From the human T2T-CHM13v2.0 reference genome, Homo sapiens, in the NCBI RefSeq assembly GCF_009914755.1, contig NC_060938.1: a stretch of 64,000 bases of DNA; one strand, written 5' to 3'. Shown piece by piece: positions 14,066-27,570 of the stretch. The notes beneath the pieces are model-generated. The model was not told the origin of the DNA. It saw nothing but the letters and a program-made list of their open reading frames with translations, and made no database searches. Position 1 is the first letter of the stretch, and every line of letters begins with the position of its first letter. Position numbers and translations under genes: made by a program.

Positions 14066-15852
14066 CTAAGATCTGAAGCACCTGAAAGATGCCCACTCTC
14101 ACCACTGTTATTCAACATCATACTGGAAGTTCTAGCTACAGCCATCAGACAACAGGAAGAAATAAAAGGCATCCAAATTGGAAAGGAAGAAGTCAAATTA
14201 TTCTTGTTTGCAGATGGTATGATCTTATATCTGGAAAAACCAAAAGACTCCACAAAAAACTATGAGAACTGATAAACAAATTTAGTAAAGTTGCAGGACA
14301 AAAAGTTGACATGCAAAAATCAGTAGCATTTCTATGCCAACAGTGAACAAACTGAAAAAGAAGTAAAAAGTAGTCCCATTTACAAAATACCTAGGAATTA
14401 ACCAAAGAAGTGAAGGATCTCTATAATAAAAACTATAAAACACTGATGAAAGCAATTGAAGAGGACCAAAAAATGGAAAGATATTCCATGTTCATGGATT
14501 GGAAGAACCAATATTGTTAAAATGTGTATACTATCCAAAGCATTCTACAGATTCAATGCAATCTGTATCAAAATACCAATGACATTCTTCACAGAAATAG
14601 AAAAAACAATCCTAAAATTTATATGGAACCAAAAAAGGCCCAGAATAACCAAAACTATCCTAAGCAAACAAAAACAAAAACCATACAAAACAAAACAAAC
14701 AAACAACGACAACAAAAAACAAACCCCAAACAAATAAAAACAAAAACAAAAAATCTGGAGGAAAATCACATTACCTGACTTCAAATTATACTGCAAAGCT
14801 ATAGAAACCAAAACAGCATGGTACTGGCATAAAAACAGACACATATACCAATGGAACAGAATACAGTACACACCTACAGTAAACTCATTTTCAACAAAGG
14901 TGTCAAGAACATATGCTGGGGAAAAGGGAGCCTCTTCAATAAGTGATGCTGGGAAAATGATATCCATATGCAGAAGAATGAATCTAGACCCCTATGTCTC
15001 ACCATAGACAAAATCAAATCAAAATTGATTAAATAATTAAATCTAAGACCTCAAACTATAAAACTACCACAAAAACAAACAAACAAACAAACAAACAAAC
15101 AAACAAACACTGGGGAAACTCTCCAGTACATTGGTTTCAGCAAATATTTCTTGAGCCATACCCCATAAGCACAGGCAACCAAAGCAAAAATGAACAAATG
15201 GGTTCATGTCAAGTTAAAAAGCTTTTGCACACCAAAGGATACAATCAGTAAAGTGAAGAGACAACCCACAGAATGGGAAAAATATTAGCAAACTACCCAT
15301 CTTGCAAGGAATTAATAACCAGGATATATGAGGAGCTCAAACAACTCTGTAGGAAAAAATCTAACAATTTATTTAAAAATATGCAAAAGATTTGAATATA
15401 CATTTCTCAAAAGAAGACATACAAATGGCAAACAGACATATGAAAAGTGCTCAAAACTACAATGAGATATTATCCCAGCCCAGTTAAAATGGCTTATATC
15501 CAAAAGACAGGCAATAACAAATGCTGGCAGGGATGTGGAGAAAAGGGAAGCCTCATACATTGTTGATGGGAATGTAAATTAGTACAACCACTATGGCGAA
15601 CAGGTTGGAGGTTCCTCAAAAAACTAAAAATAGAACTACCATATGATACAGCAATCCCGCTGCTGGGTACATACCCCAAAGAAAGGAAATCAGTATGTCA
15701 AAGGGATATCTGCACTTCCATGTTTGTTGCAGCACTGGTCACACAACAGCCAAGATTTGAAAGCAACCTAAGTGTCCATCAACAGAAGAATGGATAAAGA
15801 AAATGTGGTACATACACACGATGGAATACTATTCAGCCATGAAAAAGAATGA

Positions 15853-16156
<304 letters not shown>

Positions 16157-16441
16157 GACAGATTCAGTCATTTGCAACAACATGGAAGGAACTGGAGATC
16201 ATTATGTTAAGTGAAATAATCCAGGCACAGAAAGACAAACATCACAGATTCTCACTTATTTGTGGGATCTAAAAATCAAAACAATTGAACCCATGGAGAT
16301 AGAGAGTATAAGGATGGTTACCAGAGGCTGGGAAGAGAGGCTTGATGGGTGTGAAGTGGGGGTGGTTAATGGGTACAAAAGATAGAATTAATGAATAAGG
16401 CAAAATACTTGATAGCACAACAGGGTGACTATAGTCAGTAA

Positions 16442-16744
<303 letters not shown>

Positions 16745-17808
16745 AGTCAGTAATAATTTAACTGTATATTTAAAAATAACTGAAAGAGTATAATTGGATT
16801 GTTTGTAACACAAAGGAAAAATGCTCAAGGGAATGGATACTCCATTTTCCATGATGTAATTATTATGCATTACATGCCTGTATGAAAACACTTCATGTAC
16901 CCCATGAATATATATACCTTCTATGTACCCACAAAAATTAAGAATTAAAAAAAGATTTGATTAGTCAGATCTCAGATGAAATTTAATTAGGATAGCCTTA
17001 GGATCCACAAAGTAAGTGCATAGATATGGGATGACGAGATTTAGTAGCAAATGTGAAAAACTTCAGTGTTTTTCCTGGAAATACCATACAGGAAATTCAG
17101 ATTACCAAGATGGTTAGGTGGAATGCTCTGTATTCATTGAACTTTCTTTATTCTTCATTACTTCATCACCCAAGAAGTTGCAATAGCTCCTTCTTTACTA
17201 CTGTATCAAACCTAAACCCTACCTAACATAAAAAAATTAACTTCCTTTTATCTGGCTACCTTCTACTTATTCAACCATAGCTTTTCCCAAGGAGGGCCTC
17301 CCTGATTTCTTCCTTAAATCTAATCTCAAAAAAATATAGAGAAACCCACAGAGAAAATATCTTTACATGAGTGATTACCATGAATTCTGCATAAGTTTAT
17401 TCTGATAAACTGATCAAAACAAAAATATAAAGCACTAAAGTTTTTTTTAGCTTGTGGTTGTAACCAGCAGTCATGCCAAACTTTAAGGAAATAAGGGCAA
17501 GTTTTATTACAAATACCAATAAAGAAGAGTGCACTTATGGAGGGAAAATATATTTATTCTTCAATAATTTTAAGGTAATAAAAATGTTGTAAATAAACAT
17601 GATACTAATATTTTTATTGTTATATAGGTATATATGTAAAATTTAGGAATGGATTTAGAGGAAACTATCAATTTACTTTTAGCATTCTGTTATAACATAT
17701 ACATAGAAATCTGGAGTTTAAATATTAGGTGACTCGCTAAATATGAGAGAAAGATCTAACTCTCATGTTACATCTTCTCTTAACAGCACACTTTATATTT
17801 TCTTAAAG

Positions 17809-17927
17809 GCAAAATCACCAGAATTCTTGCAAATCGAAGGAAAAGAAATTAAGCGAATGCGGAAACGTAAATCACTGAGACCAAGAAAGTCTTCAAAACC
17901 TCTTTGTGATAAAAAACTACATAAAAA
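17809..17927 (+). CDS. TTC6: Internal coding exon C (AKSPEFLQIEGKEIKRMRKRKSLRPRKSSKPLCDKKLHK)
   Basis: ttttcttaaag acceptor, AA|GTAATT donor; 119 nt, phase 0-2, matching the phase-2 start of exon D. Gene name tentative. Confidence 0.8.
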
Positions 17928-20389
17928 GTAATTTTCTTAAATTTATAATTTTTCTATTGGGAGAGGAGTTATTCAGTAGCATAGAGACATGAAAATACAT
18001 TTTTAAAAAAGAAAACTAAATGTTTTAGAAATTCATATATGAGACCTAAGTTAAACCTTCTCACAGGAAAAGTTGGTGGCAGATTTTACAGTTAGTGCTA
18101 TACTTTATGCTTTTTTCTTTTTCTGTTTTTGACAAATGTACTTACTTTCATGATGTAACAATAGCTGGAAAAAATAACTGTTTGTGAGACTGAAGAAAAT
18201 TAAATGTTAGCATGTTAGATTTGATATTTTTGGTCATTGTAATGCCTGATTTGGATCAATTGCTTATTATATTGGTTAATTTTTTTATGATAAAATAAAA
18301 AACAAGCCAACACAAAATGTGCATAAGCCATCTGCTTGGTAATTTAGATGGCATTATTTTTCTCTACCATTAATATCATGCTTCATCCTCACATCCATAA
18401 TTTTAATGGAGTTTCTCGTTACACAGGAATACAACCACAATTTTAAATAATAGTGTGGAAATGCAATTTAGATTATGATTTACATTTTGCTAGTCACCTT
18501 GTTGAAACTCTGATTTTCTCCTTATTTCACCACTAAGTTTTTATGGGTTAGTTTCTTCTAGATTCTTCTTCATTTAACTCTTAATGGGGGTTTGAAGAAG
18601 CTTTAATTATTAGCTTTTGTTGTTGCTTAGGGAACTAACTGAAAGGTATGCTGGACATGGAAGACAACCTTTTTATGGCCAGCTCAAACTTTGTAAATGG
18701 ATATTACTCACAATTTAGTAGCTGAGAATAGACTCATGGGAAAAGAATTCCAAAGTTTATGAAACAGTCAAATTGGCATTTAAGTGACCCTGTACATACC
18801 ATTGCTTATCTGCATTGCTTTAAGCTCATTTAGTTAGCAAGATTATGTATTAAAACAAATAGTCACAGCAGACAACAAGTATTTTACCTTCAATAAATAG
18901 TTACTGTCAGATTATCAATGAAGCAGAAACTTCTTGATTTTTTTTTCTAAAAAACCTTGCATTTAGTGCATTAAGCAGAGTAGTATGGCCACACACAGAG
19001 TCAGAGTCTTTTCTTTTTTATGTCTTAGTGTTTCAAAGAATGACAAATAGTCCTGTTTAAGAAGAGTGTGCTATAAAAACACACAGCCTTTCCTGAGCAT
19101 GCCAAAAATATTTGTAGATCTTGTTGATATATATATATTACTGCTTTAATTCATTAAAACAAAAATTAGAAATTTTCATTAGTGAGAAATAGAATGAGAT
19201 GCAGAGGAATAAAAGTCTGATTTTTTAAAAATTATATAATAAAAGAGAATCTTAGGAAAATGTTTCTGAAAGTCTTTTATTTACTGTTCCTTTTTCTTTA
19301 ATCAATTTTCAACCTAAATTTTCTCACTAGCCCTCAAATTAAATTGTATTCTTGGGAATTCAAACATCTATTGCAGCATATTGTTATTTAGGTCAATAAC
19401 CAAGGGAAATTTATTTGCTTAATGTTAGTAGACTATAATGGGTGCATGGGAATTCAGATTGGTTGTGATGCTTTTTAAAGAAAATATAAAAATCAGTAAT
19501 GTAATCTCAAACACATTCCACTAGCCAGGACCTGTCTCAGGTAGAATGATGGTGTAGGTGAGCTTGACATCAGAGCACACCTTTTTTTTCCCCTTTATTT
19601 TAAAAGCCCTTTGTTAGGAGCCCAGAGTACCTGGGAGTCCTGGCTTTCTGGACACCCCCTTTCACTCCTCCAGTTAGGCCTGTTTGTCTCAGGCATTTCT
19701 AAATGTTTAGACTTACCTCTCTTTTCCTCTTTCACATGAACACATTTCATATCCTATTTTTGTTAGGCCCTATGCTCTTTTGGAAATGCCATAGACCACT
19801 CTCTATTAATGATTCAATAGTGTCCATATGGGGCCTGGCAATGGGTCAGGTGCTGTGTAGTACAAAATAATAGTAACAACCTTAAAAATAAACCATTTCT
19901 TGAGATATTTCTGCAGGCTGGGAATTACACATCTTCTATTTTTATCAGTTCTTATAAAGGCAAGGGTTAGGGATTTTTATCCTCATTTATCAGAAGACTT
20001 TTAAAGAAGTCAGTAATACAGTTGGCAAGTGTTAGAACCAAGATCCTGATCCAGGCCCAGCCAACTCCAAAGTCTATATTCTTTACACCATGCTAATCTC
20101 TGAATCAGTGCCAGCCATATTGAGTGGTCAGTGGACAGACCAGCATTAACCCTCTAGATAAAGGTTAAAATGGGTGACACAAGAGTAGAGCAACTTACAA
20201 AAAGAGACAGTTTGTAAAAAAGAAAAAAAGATAAACTTGGCAGAGAAGTCTGTCCTTGAGGTCTTGTTTGAAGAATATTTAGACATGGACAAAAGAGTAG
20301 ACAGCACTGTATCCATAACTGAAGGGACTGACAGATGTAGCCCTATGATTTGTCCTGGAAACTGATGAGAATAGCTAACTTCTGCCATG

Positions 20390-20555
20390 TGAGAGACACT
20401 GTTCTAAATGCATTCACTCTTCTTTCTTAAAGCAACTGTATCCAGGACAAAGTATAAAGAAATTAATTGACTTGCTTATGACCAAGTGAGAATTGTAAAC
20501 AGTGTTTGAACCCAGGCAGTCTGACTCCAGAGTCTGTACTCTTAATCACTATGCT
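20390..20555 (-). mobile_element. MIR SINE fragment
   Basis: TTTGAACCCAGGCAGTCTGACTCCAGAGTC..CTCTTAATCACTATGCT. Confidence 0.75.
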
Positions 20556-20619
20556 AGAAGTAAGTCCAAAGTCTAGGAGCCTTGAAACATAGAGAAAGGA
20601 AGTTAGCCAAATGCAGTAA

Positions 20620-21510
20620 GCAACAACCAATCAATTTGCTGGGTAAGGGAGCACTTAAAGGAGATCAATCTGGTAGAATTTTGCAGAGGGGAATAGACAG
20701 AGGCTGCCGTGCTCAACCCAACTGGTGAACGACTGCCTGCGCAGGCTGAGGTGATGAAGGGTATGCTGGCAGTGAGGATGGAGAAGGAACACACCTGAGC
20801 AACCCTGTGCGGGGGAGAAACTCAGTTTTGCATTGGATGTGCAGGTGAAAGAGAGAGGGGTCAAAGATGTTTTCTATCTTCAAAAGGAGGAATCTAGTTG
20901 AGGTAGTGATATTAGAGGTAAGATTTGGGAGCTCTCAGCACAGAGGTAATAGCTGAAACACTAAAGATGATTTTTCCAATGTACAAAGAGAAGTTCAAAC
21001 CTCAGAAGCCACACCCAGTTTGGAAACTGGAGAAGGAAAACCAATGGCTAAGTCATATTATGATGAATTTGAGAGGTAGATGGAAATCTGGGATATTGCA
21101 GCTTTAAAGGCCCATGAAGGAAGAGCAATTTCAACAAGTTATTCATATTCTCAGCTGTGTTTTGGGGGTCAGAAGAGAACATGACCTAAAGATCTAAAGC
21201 TGATTGGATTGGATTTGATTTGATGAAAAGAAGGTCATTTGGTTGTATAAGCTTTAGTAGGAAGGTAGGGATGGAGTACTTCTGGAGAAGGGCCACTTCC
21301 ACCCAGAAGTCACTAATAGGCAAGAAATGTGGCCAATAGCCAGTAATGTTGTGTTTGGATGCCAGGGCTTACCCACTAATTTTGTGACCTACCCAAAATA
21401 AGGATAATTATACCTCCAATACAGCTTCGTTGTGGGAATTAGAGAAAATGTGTGTAGAGGACCTAGCACAGAATCTGGCATATAGTAGGTGCTCAATAAT
21501 TATTTGTTGA
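20620..21510. mobile_element. L2/MIR relics
   Basis: Purine-rich L2-like tract and terminal TGGCATATAGTAGGTGCTCAATAATTATTTGTTGA. Confidence 0.55.
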
Positions 21511-21552
21511 TTGGATTACAGGTGGCACTGGGGATTAAGAAAGGAGATTTTT

Positions 21553-21865
<313 letters not shown>

Positions 21866-22422
21866 GCAGATTTTCATGTCATCCTCTCTACTTAGGAAAG
21901 ACAGAAGAGAGATACAAGTCCAAGCAGAGTGGGAAAGGAGATGCCACACTGACTCAGAGAAACCCAGAGTTCTATCAGTGCTAGTTAATGGATAATGCCC
22001 TACCTATATTGTTCCACTTCTTTAGGGACATTAGCATTTGACCAGAGTAGCAAAGGAGTAATACATGATGGCTGGATATGGTGTCCACAGACTGAGTTTC
22101 AGAATTCAGGAGAGAAGAGGTTGGGGTGGGATGATAAAGAGTTTGTTTTTAGACTTGTTGATCCTGAGATGCCTGTAGACTGTTGTCTGTAGAGGTGTAG
22201 GTTGAGCTATTCAGCAGGCAGTTGGATACAAGTTTAAAGCTCTGGACAATGGCCTGAGATTGTGATATTAAATTTGTTATATACCATTATTATAGTTTTA
22301 AATCAGATCTCCTCCATTTATGTATGTCTTTAGAACCTGAACTAAATTGTCAGTATAAATGTACTTTATATCTAAAGTCCACAAAATGATGAAAGGAGCT
22401 CACTTTCTTTTCTCTGTTGCAG

Positions 22423-22617
22423 AATTCCACAAGACTACTCCATGCCGCACCTTCATGATCTGTGCACCACCATCCCAGCCCAGGAGCTGCCTGTTGACTT
22501 GCGCCTGGCTTCTCGAGTGTATCACACTGCTAACAGGAAAGGCCACGATACCCTGCTTGGAAAATTTGGAACCTCTTTCTTAGATGATCGCTTTACAGAT
22601 GAAGAACAAACAGATAG
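22423..22617 (+). CDS. TTC6: Internal coding exon D (IPQDYSMPHLHDLCTTIPAQELPVDLRLASRVYHTANRKGHDTLLGKFGTSFLDDRFTDEEQTD)
   Basis: Strong acceptor ctttcttttctctgttgcag, AG|GTAAGA donor; 195 nt, phase 2-2; locally GC/CpG-richer. The true frame differs from the ORF-track frame. Gene name tentative. Confidence 0.85.
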
Positions 22618-23371
22618 GTAAGAGTTCCACTGGTAATTTGATTTTAAGCTAAATGTAAACTGTCATATAAATCCTGCCTTTTGAGTTCTAGATTTTAAAG
22701 ACTTGATTCTGTTCTTGGACACTAAAGAGGAGGGAGCAGTTTTTGTTTTTTTCTGCTGCTTCCTCAGGTATACAGTCTAGGTCTGTGTCTCCATTTCCTG
22801 ACAATATTAACATGAACCCATTCCCAATTGTAAGGTAACTTTAGTATTCCCAGAGTGTTACATACATGATCTCATTTGTTTGTCATCACAGCTCTGGAGT
22901 ACAGATGTGGAAATTGAGAGTAATAAAATTTAAGCAATTAGCTACACATAGACAATTTAAAAAATCACAGATTTGACACTTGGACCCAGTCTTTTGAACT
23001 AGATTTCACCATCATTGGGTATACTTGGGTCCAGGGATCACATAAAAAAGTCATTGCTCTTGGAGTTTGTTCTCCTTCTCCTTGGGTCTCACCTTCCTTT
23101 GGAATCTGCATATTCTTTTGTGGAGAGTATATAATTTATAGCATCCTCAAAAGAAAGGAGAAAAGGGAAGGAACCTAATGTTTATGCAGCAGTAACTATA
23201 TTCCGAGCAACTGTGCTGTGTGCTTTGCATATGTTTCCTATTTAAATCTTCAACTGTAAGGGAGAAGTTGTAATTTCCATTTTATTCATGAAGAAATTTA
23301 GGGTTCGTGATACCAGGTTACTTGCTGAAGTTCTTATCTCTTGATAGTGATAGAATCCAGGTTTGTCTAAC

Positions 23372-23615
23372 TCAGTTTTTCTCAGCCTTTTCATTATCAC
23401 CCACTTAAAGAGAATTTTAAGGCTTTTTTTCTTCTAATCGCCCCTCCTGATTAAATTTTAATATGCCAGATATACTGTATATCTGTTTATATACTACATG
23501 AATGTATGTGCTTTATAAATAAAAAGAGCAAACTTTAATCACACTGTGCTCCCCCGACCCAAAGCACCAATTTTTACCTCCTGGGAGGGATATCACCTGC
23601 CCATTGAGAATGCTT
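23372..23615. mobile_element. hAT-Charlie MITE (MER112-like) inserted in a MIR
   Basis: CAGTTTTTCTCAGCCTTTTCATTATC...CAGATATACTGTATATCTG...GATATCACC..CCATTGAGAATGC. Confidence 0.6.
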
Positions 23616-25184
23616 GCTCTACAGTCTCTCGCCTTTCAGAAGCCATGGTAAAAATACTGAAAAATGTACTGCATGTTTTAAGACAATTACAAATGTTAAA
23701 TATTAAGTTAAATGGAAACTTTTTTAGTATTATAATTTAACTATCCTAGGTATATGAGAATACTATTCTAAAAGATCACTTTTAATGACACTATCACAAG
23801 ATTATTAGTACCCATACTTTTCATGGTATATTTTGAATGCATTTTCTCAAACTTGACTTCTAGTAAAAATTGCAATGCTAGTGCATCCTTTCATGAATTA
23901 AAAATTACCTGGTTTCCCAGTGATTAGCAATCACAATTGGTTTCTATTTGAATCCCTAAAAGAAGGTCATTTTTATGTTTGTTTTCTATGTAGGCAAAAA
24001 AAAAATTTTAGGATTTGTCAGTCATAATTTTATACATCTGAAGTCTTTTAGTTTTGCTTTATCAAATTAAATTTTTGAAAAAAATTGTATATGAAGAATT
24101 TTTGAAATTTCAGAACTGCTCCAGTGTCTCCAATAGAAAATAGCAGTTCAGCATGACATTCTTTGGAATATATGTTAAAGCCTAAAGCTAGGAGTAGAAA
24201 ATAAATACATAAACATAATCTAGTAGGCATGAAACTCTGCTATTTTGAGTCATTCCCATTAGCACTACACAAGCCAAGCATCATTTGGAGGACTTACAGC
24301 TATAATTATTCACGCAAAGTGTTAGAAATGCTAGTTTCTTTTGAATTCTGAAAATATTTTTCTTCAAGTAGACCTCACTTTCTTTTTCCAAGAGTCAATA
24401 AACGTTCTATTTGATGAGGATAATTCTTGGCAATTTGTTCCTAAGTACCAAATAAGAAGTTAATTTAAGTACTGAATATTTAATTCTCCAGCATCTATCT
24501 CTTGAGGATTACCTTGCTAAACATAGCTTAACCTTTTCAAAATATATCTGTCTGCTGAGCCTACAAGTTCGGAGAAATGTATAATTTTTTTCTGCACTAC
24601 CAAGCGTTCTCAAGAAAGGTAACTGTAAACAAAATGAATACCTTTTCATTTGATGGCTTTTTGCATTTTTTTGTGCAATGATCAGTTAACTTCAAAGGTA
24701 GTAATAGTTGTGGTTGTGTAGTTTTAATGTTTCCCAATTTTGTTAATCATTATTTATGGCAAACACCAAGAATATTTTAATGGAATTGGAAGGGTATATA
24801 CTTAAGTTTATTTGAACAGCGGTGTAGTGTTCAAACTTACGCTTATTTTGCTAAACAGTAATTATGATGAGAACTATACAAATATCTTGTATTGGCCTTA
24901 TTTTTGCTTTAAAAATGATTTGTATATTATAGAGAGAAGTTTGTAGACATTTAGTTCAAATTTTTGGTATGAAATTTTATATTTCAGGCTTTAAAGTAGG
25001 CAAAATGATTAAAGGTATTTAAAGACTTAGATTAATGTTAACAACTTGGTGAATAGCCTTTCAGACATCTCTTGTATATGTATGTGTTTAAACCACCCAT
25101 GACATTCTATAGCCTGAGTTTCTTCATTCAAGATTGTTTGTGAACATTTAAATTATTTCATGATATTTACTACTTTATACAAAA

Positions 25185-25445
25185 ATTTTTTAATAGAGAC
25201 AGGGTCTTGCTCTGTTTCCTAGGCTGGTGCGCAATGGCATAATAATAGCTTACTGTAACCTTGAACTCCTGGGCTCCTCCCACTTCAGCCTCCTGAGTAG
25301 CACTAGGCTAATTATTATATTTTTTTGTAGACATAGAGTCTCACTATGTTGACCAGGCTGGTCTCGAACTCCTAGCCTTAAGTGATCCTCCTGCACCAGC
25401 CTCCTAAAATAATAGGATTACAGATGTGATCCACTGTGCCTGGCC
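25185..25445 (-). mobile_element. Alu (AluJ-like, internally deleted)
   Basis: Antisense Alu motifs. Confidence 0.9.
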
Positions 25446-26689
25446 AGATAGTTACTATTATAACCAAGCTATGGTGACACTATTTATGCCAATTTATGAC
25501 ACTGTTCTTTTCCTTACACCCTTGTCAAACTATGATTGTTACTCTTTTTGAATTTTTTCTAATCTTTTATTATTTTTATCCATTTCTTGTAAGGTTGCAC
25601 ATATTTTTAGATGTCTCTTGGTTATGTGCTTTTTTCCTTTTGAGAATTACCAGATCTGGAGTTGTCATTTATCTCTTTTGTATTGTTTTGTAAATGATCT
25701 TTTTATATTAAAATTTTAGTTATTTGCCGTATATATTATAGATATATTTTCAATTTGTTGTCTGCTTTTCAGTTTTGTTTATGGTGTTTTATGCTATCAG
25801 AAATTTTTTAATGTAGCAATTTTTTTTGTGTGTTCTAGTCTTGATGCTAATCTTAGAAAGGGTGTTTATACGTTTACATTTTAATGTATTCTCTCATATT
25901 TTCTTCTAGTAACTTTGTGGTTTCCTTTGGAAAAAATTAAATATTTAATCCATTTGTAATTTATTTTGATAAGAAGAACATATTTTAAAATATAATTTAT
26001 TCAATGAATCTTCTTTTCCTTACTGATTTGAAATGCTAACTTTCAAATACCTTAAATTCCAACATGTTATTGAGTCTATTTATGGATTTCTGTTCCATTT
26101 CACTGATTTGTCTATCTAAAACTGCTTGTGTATTTCCTTGATTCACAATCAATACAGAGTTGGTGGCAAAAATGCTGTCCTACAAACATTGGCTGACCTT
26201 CTCAAATCAGGCACCCCTTATAGACAGCTCCTGCGCAGTGAGCAATGCCAGGCTATGAATCCCAGACTTAACCCTCTAGTTGGCTTCAAATTAAAAAGGA
26301 AATTCCTAGTCAATTTTTGGAAAATATGTGGACAGATCATTAGCTTTATACATTAGAACAGCAGCAACAATGGAAAAACCAAAGGTTAAGTGTCAAAATT
26401 CAATGTTTAATTTCATTTTTGATTATTTTTTTACAAAAAACAATAAAAATATTTTAACAAATATGCAAAAACATGCAAGAAAATGCGAAAATGAAAAACA
26501 ATTACTCAAAATCTTGCCATTTATAGATAACACTGTTAACATTCTTAAATATGGGATTCCAGACTTTTCCTTTTGCAAATAAATCATATAGAACAAAACT
26601 AGAATAATACTATATGTATAATGTTTTGTAACCTAACTTTTAAAAACTTATGTGTAAACATCTTTCCATGTCAATAAATATTGATCCGA

Positions 26690-27570
26690 GTAATCAAATG
26701 ATATGCTTAACTCTGTGGTAGGCATAGAGGTAGGCACTAGAGAGGCATCTGCAAACAGGAGAGACATAATCACTGCCCTCAGGGAACCTGGAGACCAGTG
26801 AAAAGAAGGGTGAATTAATTACTGTGAATGCGACAATTAATATAGAGTTGTGCAGAGTGCTATGGAAACATGTAAGAGGAGTCCCTGATTATTTGGGGAG
26901 GTTTGAGGATTGATACCTAAATTGAAACCTGAAAGATGGATAGAAGATAGGAAGGAGGAGGGGAAAGAATGTTTTAGATCTTTGGTACTCAAAGTATAGT
27001 CCGCAAACTAGCGGCATCACCATCACCTGGGAACTTGTTAGAAATGCAGGAAATTTGTATACAGTTTGAAGTTTGAGTTCATGCTGTGGGCAATTGGAAT
27101 CCATCTGATAACTGGAAGTAAGTCCAGTATTAGAGAACAGGAAGAGCAGTGATACATTTGAAGCTAGAGCTGAGGCAGGATTTTATGGTTACCCCGTATG
27201 TATGTGTGAGGGCACGTGTGAGTGCTTGGGGGAGGGATTCTTAGTCACAGTGAATTGGGAAAGCATTGATAGGTTTTCTGAGGAAGAATGACATGATCAG
27301 GTTTGCTTTAAGATATCACAGTCCTTGTCTTCTCAGTTGTGTTTGACACAGTTGATCACTTACTTTTCCAGAAGTCACCTTTATCCCTGGCCTTAGGGAC
27401 CACTCCTTTCTTGGCTATCTTCCTGCTTTCCTGGGGATGGCTTCTCAGTCCCTCCTCCTGGTGTCTCCTCATCTCTTGACTTCTCAACATTGGAGTGCCC
27501 AGGCTTACCAAGGTGATCTTATCCAGGACCATGGCTTTAAATGCCATTTATATGCTGATGACTATCAATT
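26690..27570. mobile_element. L2 fragments with a nested MER5-like piece (~26980-27055)
   Basis: CACTGCCCTCAGGGAACC; CATGGCTTTAAATGCCATTTATATGCTGATGACT; GGCATCACCATCACCTGGGAACTTGTTAGAAATGCA. Confidence 0.65.
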
